Shown here piece after piece: positions 29,798 to 39,629 of a DNA stretch of 64,000 bases. The DNA comes from Candidatus Cloacimonadales bacterium. GTDB taxonomy: Bacteria; Cloacimonadota; Cloacimonadia; Cloacimonadales; JAFGVF01. The translations under genes and the position numbers were made by a program. The stretch is taken from contig CAXXJV010000001.1 in the NCBI GenBank assembly GCA_963663475.2, forward strand, positions 1,792,001-1,856,000, in the 5' to 3' direction. A model generated the notes under the pieces. The model was not told the DNA's origin, ran no database searches, and was given only the letters and a program-made list of their open reading frames with translations. Each line of letters opens with the position of its first letter. Positions within the stretch are counted from its first letter, which is position 1.

Positions 29798-29836
29798 GTC
29801 CGAAGTCCCTTACCTAGGGTTGAGGAAGTCTGGTCT
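29798..29836 (-). repeat. Hairpin family 3 copy (reverse orientation)
   Basis: gtccgaagtcccttacctagggttgaggaagtctggtct. Confidence 0.75.
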
Positions 29837-30058
29837 ACTTATTCAGTTTAACTAAATACTCATCATTCCTTAAAGAATACCGAGAGTATAATAAAAATAA
29901 ATTATATATTGACAATTTTGTACTTGAGAAATAAATGACCTTGTAGATTGATTATTAATTAAAAAAAAACTTTATTTAGATAACATTCAGCGAGGTTTGA
30001 TTACAAGAAAAATCCCTGAAAATTTATGCGTACCATTAACTAAAATGGAGATATTAAA

Positions 30059-31807
30059 ATGTCCAAAAAATTAAACATTAAAAAAAATTATAAATTATTA
30101 CAGCCATATTTATGGAAAGAAAAAAAGCTTCTTCTGTTTGGCTTGCTGTTAATGATATTTGTTTCAGCTGCCCATCTAATAGATCCTTTAATCTTAGCCC
30201 ATATTGTAGATGTTAGCGTTCCTAATCAAGACTTGAAGGATATGTACCAGTATGCCTTTTTCTTCATAGGATTGATTATTGTCTCAGGTATCGCTTCATA
30301 TACCCAGATTATTATTCTCTCTAAGTTAGGACTAAAAGTCATTACTGATATTAAAATGAAGTTATTTGCTCATTTAATGAAGATATCTGTATCATTCTTT
30401 GATAATAGACCAGTTGGAGATTTTATTACTAAGGTTGAGAATGACAGTGAGAAGGTAAGATTCCTTTTTTCAGAACTTTCAATTAGAATTATTGGTAATC
30501 TATTATTCTTTATAGGGGTAATTATCGTCATTACCTATAAAAGCCCTGATGTGTCTGCTTGGATTCTAGTAGCAATAACTATAATTGCTATTGCTTACAA
30601 CTACTTCATGAGATTCATGGGGAAGATTTTCAAAAAAGTGAGAGAAAAGTATTCGGAAGTTACTGCTAATATTAATGAATATGTGCAAGGAATGCATGTT
30701 ATTCAAACTTTCCATAAAGAAAATGAAGCAATCAAAATTGTGGAAAAAACTTCAGCGGAAAAGAAAAATATTGAGACCAAAGCTTCATTTTTGGAGTATT
30801 CAGTAGAAGGCTTCTTTCTATTCTTAATAGAATACTTCCTTTTAATACTAATCATTGTTCTCATTGTACCGCAGATCTTTGCAGGAACTAAATCAATTGG
30901 AACTCTGATAATTTTTTCTCAATATATAAATAGAATAATCTGGCCTTTAATCCAACTTCTTGAGAATGTAATGCAAATACAGAAATCAATGGTTTCTTTA
31001 ACTAGAATTAGAGAGCTTAGTGAGCTTCCAGTAGAAGATTACTACCATAATGACCTTGATATTAAAAGCTTTGAACATGAAATTGAATTTAAGAATGTCT
31101 GGTTTGCCTATGAAGGTGAAAACTGGATTTTAAAAGATGTTAGCTTTAAGGTTAAGAAAGGTGAAAAGGTAGCTCTAGTAGGTCCTTCAGGTTCTGGTAA
31201 AACAACTACCATTAGTTTAATCTGTGGTTTTTATAAGTATCAGAAAGGTGAGATTCTTATTGATGGAAAGCCCCTAAGCAAGCTTAATATTAAGAAATGG
31301 AGAAGAAAGGTGGGATTAATTCTGCAAGATGTTCTTCTCTTTCCAGGAAATGTTATTGAAAATGTAAGAATATATGATGACTCAATCTCACCTGATAGAG
31401 TTATGGAATCTATAAAGATGGTTCATGCTGAAAAATTCTTTGAAATGACTTCCCTACAAAATGTTATATCTGAAAGAGGTCAGAATATCTCTCAGGGTGA
31501 GAAACAGCTACTTAGCTTTGCTAGAGCTTTAACTTTTAATCCTGAAATAGTTATCATGGACGAGGCAACCTCTTCTATTGATACAGTTACTGAAAAGAAG
31601 ATCCAAGACTCTATGCTCAAGGTCTTAGCAGGAAAAACTGCTATGATTGTAGCTCACAGACTATCCTCAATTATTGATGCAGATAATATAATCTACTTCA
31701 AGGATGGTCAAATTAAAAATCAAGGTAGTCATCGTCAATTGATGGAGACAAGTCCTGATTACCAAAATTTAGTTAACCTTCAATTTATGGGAGGTCATGA
31801 TGAATAA
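30059..31807 (+). CDS. ABC exporter, TMD-NBD half (consensus Walker B)
   Basis: TM domain; GPSGSGKT, ISQGEKQ, MDEATS, AHR. Confidence 0.9.
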   Translation: MSKKLNIKKNYKLLQPYLWKEKKLLLFGLLLMIFVSAAHLIDPLILAHIVDVSVPNQDLKDMYQYAFFFIGLIIVSGIASYTQIIILSKLGLKVITDIKMKLFAHLMKISVSFFDNRPVGDFITKVENDSEKVRFLFSELSIRIIGNLLFFIGVIIVITYKSPDVSAWILVAITIIAIAYNYFMRFMGKIFKKVREKYSEVTANINEYVQGMHVIQTFHKENEAIKIVEKTSAEKKNIETKASFLEYSVEGFFLFLIEYFLLILIIVLIVPQIFAGTKSIGTLIIFSQYINRIIWPLIQLLENVMQIQKSMVSLTRIRELSELPVEDYYHNDLDIKSFEHEIEFKNVWFAYEGENWILKDVSFKVKKGEKVALVGPSGSGKTTTISLICGFYKYQKGEILIDGKPLSKLNIKKWRRKVGLILQDVLLFPGNVIENVRIYDDSISPDRVMESIKMVHAEKFFEMTSLQNVISERGQNISQGEKQLLSFARALTFNPEIVIMDEATSSIDTVTEKKIQDSMLKVLAGKTAMIVAHRLSSIIDADNIIYFKDGQIKNQGSHRQLMETSPDYQNLVNLQFMGGHDE

Positions 31808-33560
31808 ACATATAAAATGGGTGATAAATGAATGGAAAAGATATAAGGGATTAGTCGTAATTATGATAGTACTAACTATTTTAACTTCCTTTATATCATC
31901 AGTTTACCCATACCTATTTAAAGTATTAATTGATAAAATAGACTTTCTTCAGAAGAATAGTCAAGATTATGCTGATCCTATGCAAGAAATTTACAGATTC
32001 GTCTGGGTTATTCTAGGTATTGGTGCTGTACGCTTGATAACTTCCCTCTATCCTGCTATAAGAGCTTGGATTAATATGAAGTTTGAACACTCACTTCGAA
32101 TGAGATATTTTACTGATATTACCGAGAAAGATTATAAGTTCTTTAATAGATTTAGAACTGGAGACTTAGTAACTAGATTAACCAATGATCTAACTGATTT
32201 TCCTAAGATTGCTTGGTTTTTATGCTCAGGCATTTTCAGAGCTTTCAACTCCTTTGTGAACATTATCTTTATCATGACTATGATGTTCTTTCTAAACTGG
32301 AGATTGACTCTCTATTCCCTGACTCCTCTGCCTATAATGATTGTAGTATTTTACTTCGTTAGTACTTCACTGGAAAAGAGATACACCAAAAATCAAGAAG
32401 CTATTTCTTCTATTAACTCCCAGCTAGAACTTTCTTTCTCAGGGATTAAGATAATTAAGGCTTTTGATTGTGAAGAAAAGTATAACCGCTTCTTTGATAT
32501 AGCTCTAGAAGAAAGATATAATACCGAGTATTCTCTAATAAAATTACAGGCAGGACTTAATTTAATCTATGAATATATAGGTTATTTCGGACAGATTGCT
32601 ATTCTCTTCTTTGGTGGCTATATGGCTGTTAAAGGTTCTATAACAATTGGTACCTTCTTAGCCTTTTATACTTACTTGATGATGATGATCTATCCAATGC
32701 TAGATCTTCCTCAACTGTTCATCTCAGGTAAACAAGCCTTTGTGAATATTGATAGATTAGAAGAAATTAAGAATTTCCCAAATGAAAATAAAAGATTTAC
32801 TAATCAAGTTCCTCTAAGCTCTTTTGATAAACTTGAATTCCAAGATACTTCTTTTAGTTATGATAAGGGAAATCTGTTCTCTAACTTAAACTTAAGTATT
32901 GATTCCACTAAAAAAACCTTGCTGATGGGTGAAGTAGGATGTGGTAAATCTACTTTGATCTCTCTACTTACAGGACTAATAAAAGCAGATTCTGGTCAGG
33001 TATTAATTAATGGACAAAATGTAGATATGATAAAAAGAGATGAATTCTTGCATAATGTGGGTTACGTTCCCCAAGATCCTCTTCTCTTTAGTGGTACTAT
33101 TTATTCTAATGTTACCTTTGGGGTTGACGATGTTGACCAAGACTTATATAGAAAAGTGCTTGAAACATCTCAATTAGACCAAGAAATAGCTAGTTTTGAG
33201 AAGAAAGATAAAACTAAACTGGGTGAAAAAGGGACTGCTGTTTCTGGTGGTCAAAAACAAAGAATTGCTATTGCTAGAGCCTTGATGAGAAAGCCTAAGT
33301 TTCTCATTCTTGACGATATTACATCAAGTCTTGATGCCGAAAATGAAAGAAAACTATGGGTTAGTATGAATAAATACTTCCCTAACACTGGTGCTCTCAT
33401 GGTTTCTCATAGAATCTCAACTGTAGCTTATGCTGATGAAATTATCTTTATTAGCAAGACTCATCAATGCTTCAAAGGAAGTCATAGTGAATTACATGAA
33501 AATAATTATGAATATAGAGAATTTATCCAAACTCAAATGACAAATGGGAAAAAGAGCTAA
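31797..33560 (+). CDS. ABC exporter, partner TMD-NBD half (degenerate Walker B)
   Basis: GEVGCGKS, VSGGQKQR, LDDITS; heterodimeric exporter pattern. Confidence 0.9.
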   Translation: MMNKHIKWVINEWKRYKGLVVIMIVLTILTSFISSVYPYLFKVLIDKIDFLQKNSQDYADPMQEIYRFVWVILGIGAVRLITSLYPAIRAWINMKFEHSLRMRYFTDITEKDYKFFNRFRTGDLVTRLTNDLTDFPKIAWFLCSGIFRAFNSFVNIIFIMTMMFFLNWRLTLYSLTPLPIMIVVFYFVSTSLEKRYTKNQEAISSINSQLELSFSGIKIIKAFDCEEKYNRFFDIALEERYNTEYSLIKLQAGLNLIYEYIGYFGQIAILFFGGYMAVKGSITIGTFLAFYTYLMMMIYPMLDLPQLFISGKQAFVNIDRLEEIKNFPNENKRFTNQVPLSSFDKLEFQDTSFSYDKGNLFSNLNLSIDSTKKTLLMGEVGCGKSTLISLLTGLIKADSGQVLINGQNVDMIKRDEFLHNVGYVPQDPLLFSGTIYSNVTFGVDDVDQDLYRKVLETSQLDQEIASFEKKDKTKLGEKGTAVSGGQKQRIAIARALMRKPKFLILDDITSSLDAENERKLWVSMNKYFPNTGALMVSHRISTVAYADEIIFISKTHQCFKGSHSELHENNYEYREFIQTQMTNGKKS

Positions 33561-33617
33561 GAACTCTTATCATAAATCACACAGGAGAGGGTAAAATATT
33601 TTACCCTCTTGCTTCTA

Positions 33618-33718
33618 TTAACCCAAATAATGCAATAGGTCTTTGAGAATAGCAGAATATTCTTTTGCAAAAGAACTTGCACTCTTATCTAAAGCTCTAT
33701 TGCACCATTTGGGATTAA
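33618..33718 (+). repeat. TTAA palindrome family, internally deleted copy D
   Basis: Both arms of copy B are present and the central ~70 bp are missing. Confidence 0.85.
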
Positions 33719-33789
33719 TTTCTAAAATGACTAAGAAGAAAAAACTATTTTATAGCTTGACATCTTTATCTAATAGCAATATCTAAGGC

Positions 33790-33892
33790 TTAAACCCGAA
33801 TAATGCGATGGACCTTTGCGAATAGAAGTATCTTCTTTTGCTAAAAGAATCTAGCACTCTTCATCAAAGTTCTACTGCACCATTCTGGTTAA
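33790..33892 (+). repeat. TTAA palindrome family, short copy E
   Basis: ttaaacccgaataatgcg...ctactgcaccattctggttaa. Confidence 0.85.
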
Positions 33893-33988
33893 AAGATACT
33901 TATCTAACTTAGAAAAAAATATTGTCTTAAAGTAAATCAAGCTTTTCTAACCTATAGTATCAGCTTTTCTTAATATTGGAGGCTTTTT

Positions 33989-35317
33989 ATGAAAATATGG
34001 AAATGGATTTTACTGAGTATTATAATCATAAGTACAGGATGTTCTCTCAATCAAGTTTCTGAAAATAGTCAGAATAATGAGGAAAAACAGGCACTTGCTC
34101 TTCCTTGGTTTGTGGCTGCTACACCTAGTAACACTAAAGAATATGTCTATGGTATGGGTCAGGGAGAAAATAAAGAAGTGGCACTTGCTGAAGCCAAAAA
34201 ATCTATTGAAGAATATTATAGAAACAACATAAAGAGTCAACTACAAATTGACTCAGATTCACTAGAAAGTAATTTGCAAGAAGCTTATCAGGTATATTAC
34301 CAACAGCAGTTAAAGAAGCTAAGAAACTTAGATATTTCTGGTATTACTTATCTGGAAACTCAAGCAGTTGGTGACAGCTATTACACTCTTGCCCGCTTAG
34401 AAAAAGCTCTTTTTGACAATTCTCGAAACAACATTATCAATGAAATCATTGCTGCAATTAGACTTGGAAATCAAGCAGATAATCCAGGATTAAAACTTCA
34501 ATCTTATTACTTAGCAACTTCCTTCTTGAACAAGCTTAATCAACCTCTTAACTATGGAGATCAAAATGTTTTTATCTACTTAGCTAGGCAGATTAATCAA
34601 ATACTCTCCAATCTTTCTGTAGCTTATACCTTCTCTGATTATTCAGACTACTCAGACTATCAAAGTTTAAAAATATCTATCAAAGTAGCTGAAAAACCCT
34701 TAACTGCTATTCCACTTCTTATAGGAGAAGATTCTTATTATCCTAACCAAGAGGGGATATACTTTGTGAAATGTAAGGCTAATCAACCTTATAAGCTAAA
34801 CTTGAAGATTGATATTGATCAGGTAAAGCTATATCCAGGATTAAAAGAGGAAGAAGTTAGTGATGCTAAAGAACTGATTCAAGCTCTTACTCCCTGGCAT
34901 GAAAGTATTGAGGTGAAAGCTAGACCTGTACTTAAAGCCTTTGTAAAAGTATCTCATTTTATCAACAATCAAGAGTCTTTGAACCTGCAACTCATTAATC
35001 AAATAAAAAATTATTTACTTGAAAAAAATATCTCTTTGGCTAGCAGTGAAACTTATGCTAATCTTCTGATTGAAGTTACTAGTAATGTTGCTGAACTCTC
35101 TGAAAATGGCAATTCTGACATTACTTATAGGGCTTGGGGCTCTATGACAATAATCAAAGACGATCAAGAGAAGCTACGAATTAATCTTGATGATGAAGCG
35201 ACCAGAGAGAAAACTCAAACTTCTTCTCAAAATGCATTGGATGCAGCTAGACAAGCTAGAGAAAAATTAAATTCCCTAGTCTTAGAAAGCTTGCAGGCAA
35301 GTAGCTTATTAGATTAA
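33989..35317 (+). CDS. LPP20-like lipoprotein
   Basis: Lipobox STGC; LPWF...YVYGMGQG....A...AK..I pattern. Confidence 0.6.
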   Translation: MKIWKWILLSIIIISTGCSLNQVSENSQNNEEKQALALPWFVAATPSNTKEYVYGMGQGENKEVALAEAKKSIEEYYRNNIKSQLQIDSDSLESNLQEAYQVYYQQQLKKLRNLDISGITYLETQAVGDSYYTLARLEKALFDNSRNNIINEIIAAIRLGNQADNPGLKLQSYYLATSFLNKLNQPLNYGDQNVFIYLARQINQILSNLSVAYTFSDYSDYSDYQSLKISIKVAEKPLTAIPLLIGEDSYYPNQEGIYFVKCKANQPYKLNLKIDIDQVKLYPGLKEEEVSDAKELIQALTPWHESIEVKARPVLKAFVKVSHFINNQESLNLQLINQIKNYLLEKNISLASSETYANLLIEVTSNVAELSENGNSDITYRAWGSMTIIKDDQEKLRINLDDEATREKTQTSSQNALDAARQAREKLNSLVLESLQASSLLD

Positions 35318-35323
35318 GATGAC

Positions 35324-35396
35324 TTAATAGCCCAAATAATGGAGTAACTCTTTGTGAATAGCTATTCATAAAAGCCTACTAGACTACTTGGGTTAA
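35324..35396 (+). repeat. TTAA palindrome family, diverged short copy H
   Basis: cccaaataatgg...tttgtgaatagc...ctacttgggttaa. Confidence 0.7.
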
Positions 35397-35495
35397 TCTT
35401 TATTTTTATCTAGTCTGAGCATGTTTCCCTTTTTCCTTGACATATTTCAAGCTCTCTTGATTTTGAGTTAAATTAATATTAATAAAGAGGATAAG

Positions 35496-36080
35496 ATGAT
35501 AGATCTCATAAGAGAAGCTTATACAAACAGCTACTTATTATTAGGTGAATTTTTGCAATCTGCTGATAATCTTCAGAAAACAGAAGCTATTGGTAAGAAA
35601 TTAGCTGACATTTTCTCAAGAGGAGGCAAGGTCCTGATTTGTGGAAATGGTGGTTCTGCTACTGATGCTATGCATTTTGCCGAAGAATTTACTGGACGCT
35701 TTAGAGCCGATAGACCTGCATTACCTGCTATAGCTTTATCAGACCCTTCTCATATAACCTGTGTGGGTAATGATTATGGATTTAATCAGATATTTGCTAG
35801 GGGAATTGAGGCCTATGCTAAGCCTGGAGATATGGTAATAGGGCTTTCTACTTCTGGAAATTCCCAAAATATTATCCAAGCTTTTCAAAAAGCTAAAGAA
35901 ATTTCATGCACAACCGTTGCCTTACTTGGTAAAGATGGTGGTAAATTAGCTGGTGAATGCAATTATGAATTTATAATTGCTGGAAAAAGTTCTGACCGTA
36001 TTCAAGAATTACATATGATTATTTTGCATATAGTTATTGAAGTTGTAGAACGAATCATGTTTCCCAAAAACTATAAATAA
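35496..36080 (+). CDS. gmhA: Phosphoheptose isomerase
   Basis: CGNGGSATDAMHFAEE, GNDYG, STSGNS, RIQELH. Confidence 0.95.
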   Translation: MIDLIREAYTNSYLLLGEFLQSADNLQKTEAIGKKLADIFSRGGKVLICGNGGSATDAMHFAEEFTGRFRADRPALPAIALSDPSHITCVGNDYGFNQIFARGIEAYAKPGDMVIGLSTSGNSQNIIQAFQKAKEISCTTVALLGKDGGKLAGECNYEFIIAGKSSDRIQELHMIILHIVIEVVERIMFPKNYK

Positions 36081-36113
36081 TTCAAAAAAAGTTCAAAAAT
36101 ATGAAAAATATTC

Positions 36114-36141
36114 TTGACAAAGAATAGGGTGATTTTAAAGT
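36114..36141 (+). promoter_or_regulatory. Putative promoter for tRNA-Leu/tig
   Basis: TTGACA-16 nt-TAAAGT. Confidence 0.5.
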
Positions 36142-36151
36142 GACCAAACGT

Positions 36152-36238
36152 GCGAAAGTGGCGGAATTGGCAGACGCGCTGGACTTAGAATCCAGTTGGG
36201 TTAAACCAGTAGGGGTTCAAGTCCCCTCTTTCGCACCA
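36152..36238 (+). tRNA. tRNA-Leu (anticodon UAG)
   Basis: Acceptor stem GCGAAAG/CTTTCGC plus ACCA, anticodon arm ctgga-cttagaa-tccag, long variable arm, GTTCAA T-loop. Confidence 0.97.
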
Positions 36239-36316
36239 TTTTTGTTTTTAAGAACCCCTATTACAACACAAATTTAATAAACTAAAAAATTAATTATATA
36301 TATAAAGGAGTTAATT

Positions 36317-37651
36317 GTGAAGGTTGAAGTAAAAGAAATCAGTCAAGTAATAAGAGAACTCACCCTTACAGTAGAAGCAGAGAAGGTAAATAAAGATTAT
36401 CAAAAAGCCTTAAAAAAGGTAAGTAAGATGGCTCCTCCAATCCCTGGTTTCCGTAAAGGTAAAGCCCCTCTTTCAGCAGTTGAAAGAAGCTATGGTGAAT
36501 ATGTCAAAGAAGAATTATATAAAGATGGTGTTGATAAATATCTTAAAGAAGCCATTGATGAGAATGATATAAAATCTATCAGCGAATTTTACCCAATTTC
36601 ATATGAATGGAATAAGGGTGAAGACTTAGTAGCAGTTTTCAAATATGAAGTTAACCCTGAGATTAAATTAGAGAAAATAGATGGTATTAGAGTGCCATTC
36701 AAAGCTAAGACTATAGACGAAGCTGTAGAAGATTATCTAAATGAAATGAAGCAAAAGAATGCTCAAATGATAGAAGTAGCCGATGAAGTTGTTAATAATG
36801 ACACAGTTGAATTTGAGTTGACTTTCACTTATGAGGATGAAGAAAAGGTTGAAACAGTTACTATTCCTATAAATAATGATGGTGAAAATTCAGAAACTAT
36901 AACTACCGATGTTATTGGTAAGAAAATTGGTGATAAGTTCAAAACAGAAATAAACTCTTTCAGAATTAACAGTGTAGATGTTGACCAAGAAATGCTTGCA
37001 GTAGAAGCTATGGTTAATTCTATCCAAAGACTTAAAGAACCAGAAATCAATGATGATTTTGCAAAATCTTTAGACTATGATGATCTTGCTACAATGAAGA
37101 AATCTCTTGCTGAAGAATTAGCTGCAAAAACTACAAGAGTTAACGAACAAGAACTTAATAAGAAGATAGTTGAAACTTTAATTGCAGAAAATGATTTCCA
37201 AGTTCCTAACGTGATTGTTGCTAATGAAGCATACAGACAAGCTAAGATGTATATGCAAGGTAAAGAACCTGATGAACAGATGATTAATATTTTATCTCAG
37301 TTTGTAACTCCACAGATTAAGGAAGTTTATGTTTATCAAGCATTAAAGACTCAATTCCCATATGAAGTTACAGATGAAGAAGTTAATGCTTTAGTTGAAA
37401 AACTTGCAGGTTTGGAAGAACTTACAGTAGATGAGTTCAAAGAAGAACATAAAGATCTTTTCGAAAATGATGAAATTAGAAATGAAGCTGTGTTTGAAAA
37501 AATCTTTAGCGATTTAGCAAAAAGAGTTGAGCTTGTAGATCCTCAGATTATTGCTGAAGAAAAGAAAGCTGAACTAAAGGCTAAAAAAGAAGCTAGAGAA
37601 GAGGCAGAAAAAGAAGCTTCACAAGAAGAAGATAAGAACGAAGCAGAATAA
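36317..37651 (+). CDS. tig: Trigger factor
   Basis: IPGFRKGKAP motif; precedes clpPX. Confidence 0.93.
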   Translation: MKVEVKEISQVIRELTLTVEAEKVNKDYQKALKKVSKMAPPIPGFRKGKAPLSAVERSYGEYVKEELYKDGVDKYLKEAIDENDIKSISEFYPISYEWNKGEDLVAVFKYEVNPEIKLEKIDGIRVPFKAKTIDEAVEDYLNEMKQKNAQMIEVADEVVNNDTVEFELTFTYEDEEKVETVTIPINNDGENSETITTDVIGKKIGDKFKTEINSFRINSVDVDQEMLAVEAMVNSIQRLKEPEINDDFAKSLDYDDLATMKKSLAEELAAKTTRVNEQELNKKIVETLIAENDFQVPNVIVANEAYRQAKMYMQGKEPDEQMINILSQFVTPQIKEVYVYQALKTQFPYEVTDEEVNALVEKLAGLEELTVDEFKEEHKDLFENDEIRNEAVFEKIFSDLAKRVELVDPQIIAEEKKAELKAKKEAREEAEKEASQEEDKNEAE

Positions 37652-37678
37652 TTGCTTTTAAGACATTAAGGAGATTTC

Positions 37679-38263
37679 ATGCCTTATGTACCAATGGTTG
37701 TAGAGCAAGTAGGAAGAAGTGAAAGAGCTTATGATATTTATTCAAGATTATTAAAAGATAGAATCATCTTTATTGGTGGTCCAATAGATGATCATGTTGC
37801 TAATCTTGTTGTAGCTCAGTTACTTCATTTAGAAGCAGAAGATCCTAAAAAGGATATAAATATATATATTAATAGTCCTGGTGGAGCAGTTACCGCTGGC
37901 ATGGCTATATATGATACTATGCAGTTTATCAAACCTGATGTATCAACAACTTGTATTGGCCAAGCTGCTAGTATGGGGGCTTTATTATTAACTGCTGGAA
38001 CAAAGGGTAAGAGATATTCTCTTCCTAATAGCAGAATTATGATTCACCAACCCTTAGGTGGTGCTCAAGGTCAAGCATCTGATATTGAGATTGCTGCGAA
38101 AGAGATTCTGTTCTTGAAAGGTCATTTAAATGATATTCTTCAAAAACACACTGGTCAGACCTTGAAAAAGATTGAAAATGATACAGATAGAAACTTCTTT
38201 ATGACTGCTGAACAGGCTAAGAATTATGGTTTAATAGACCAAGTTATCGAAAATAGAGGTTAG
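37679..38263 (+). CDS. clpP: ATP-dependent Clp protease proteolytic subunit
   Basis: [29 protein letters not shown]. Confidence 0.98.
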   Translation: MPYVPMVVEQVGRSERAYDIYSRLLKDRIIFIGGPIDDHVANLVVAQLLHLEAEDPKKDINIYINSPGGAVTAGMAIYDTMQFIKPDVSTTCIGQAASMGALLLTAGTKGKRYSLPNSRIMIHQPLGGAQGQASDIEIAAKEILFLKGHLNDILQKHTGQTLKKIENDTDRNFFMTAEQAKNYGLIDQVIENRG

Positions 38264-38269
38264 GAATTT

Positions 38270-39574
38270 ATGGGTAAATATACTAACTCAAAAGATTTAG
38301 TTTGTTCATTTTGTGGTAGGGGAGAAGAAGAAGCAGGTATGCTTATACATGGCATGAATGCAAATATCTGCCAACATTGTGTAAGTCTTTGTACTGATCT
38401 TTTTGAAGAAGAAAACTCAGTTCATGAAACTAAGGCTAAGAAAGAGACAGTTAAAACTCTGCCAATTCCTAGTGAGATTAAGAAGTTCTTAGATCAATAT
38501 GTCATTGGTCAAGATGCAGCAAAGGAACTATTATCTGTAGCTGTTTATAATCACTATAAGAGAATTTTTAGAGCTGATGAGCTGGATAGAGATGTTGAAT
38601 TAGACAAATCAAATGTCTTAATGATTGGTCCAACTGGAACTGGTAAAACTCTAATGGCAGAAACATTAGCAAGAATGCTAAAGGTTCCATTTGCCATAGC
38701 TGATGCAACTACATTAACAGAAGCTGGTTATGTTGGGGAAGATGTTGAAAATATTCTTACCAAGTTGCTTCAGAATGCTGATTTTGATGTGCAAAAAGCT
38801 GAAAGAGGCATTATTTACATTGATGAGATTGATAAAATTGGACGTAAAAGTGAATCTACTTCTATTACCCGTGACGTATCTGGTGAAGGTGTTCAACAGG
38901 CTTTACTCAAAATCCTCGAAGGATCAATTGTAAATGTTCCACCTAAAGGTGGTCGTAAGCATCCGAATCAAGACTTTGTTCAAATAGATACACGTAAGAT
39001 TCTCTTTATCTGTGGTGGTGCTTTTATTCATCTTGATAAGATTATTGCCAAAAGAGTTGTAAAGAAGAGTGTAGGTTTTGAATCTGATTTGGTTGATAGG
39101 ATTTCAGAGAGTAATTTGCTTACCAAACTCGAACCAGATGATTTGGTTAGGTATGGACTTATTCCAGAATTAATTGGTAGATTACCAGTTGTTTGTACTC
39201 TTAACGAACTTGATACTGATGCCTTGATTCAAATCCTAACAGAACCTAGAAATTCTATAGTAAAGCAATTTACTAAGATTCTTAAATTGGATGGTGTAGA
39301 TTTAGAAATATCTAAAGAAGCCTTGCAAGAGATAGCTAACATTGCCCAGAAACAAAGAACTGGAGCTAGATCTTTACGTTCTATTCTAGAAAGAAGAATG
39401 TTAGATATTATGTATAAACTTCCTGATATGCCTGAAATTAATAAGTGTGTCATTAACGCTGATTATATAAAAGGTGAAATAGATCTTCCAATATTTGAAA
39501 AGATTGAATTTCCAGAAGAAAAACCAAAAAAAGCAGCTACCAAAAAGAAAAAAGCAAAGACTGCTGATAAGTAG
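38270..39574 (+). CDS. clpX: Clp protease ATP-binding subunit ClpX
   Basis: CSFC zinc finger, [33 protein letters not shown]. Confidence 0.98.
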   Translation: MGKYTNSKDLVCSFCGRGEEEAGMLIHGMNANICQHCVSLCTDLFEEENSVHETKAKKETVKTLPIPSEIKKFLDQYVIGQDAAKELLSVAVYNHYKRIFRADELDRDVELDKSNVLMIGPTGTGKTLMAETLARMLKVPFAIADATTLTEAGYVGEDVENILTKLLQNADFDVQKAERGIIYIDEIDKIGRKSESTSITRDVSGEGVQQALLKILEGSIVNVPPKGGRKHPNQDFVQIDTRKILFICGGAFIHLDKIIAKRVVKKSVGFESDLVDRISESNLLTKLEPDDLVRYGLIPELIGRLPVVCTLNELDTDALIQILTEPRNSIVKQFTKILKLDGVDLEISKEALQEIANIAQKQRTGARSLRSILERRMLDIMYKLPDMPEINKCVINADYIKGEIDLPIFEKIEFPEEKPKKAATKKKKAKTADK

Positions 39575-39599
39575 AAAATAGAAAATATAAATTATAAAT

Positions 39600-39629
39600 A
39601 AAGAGGTGAAGTAAATTTCACCTCTTTTT
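39600..39629. terminator. Bidirectional rho-independent terminator (intron target)
   Basis: aaagaggtgaa-gtaaat-ttcacctcttt-tt. Confidence 0.85.

Noticed and set aside
36152-36238. tRNA-Leu as integration site of an island
   Set aside because: No duplicated tRNA 3' end or integrase seen; flanks are core genes.
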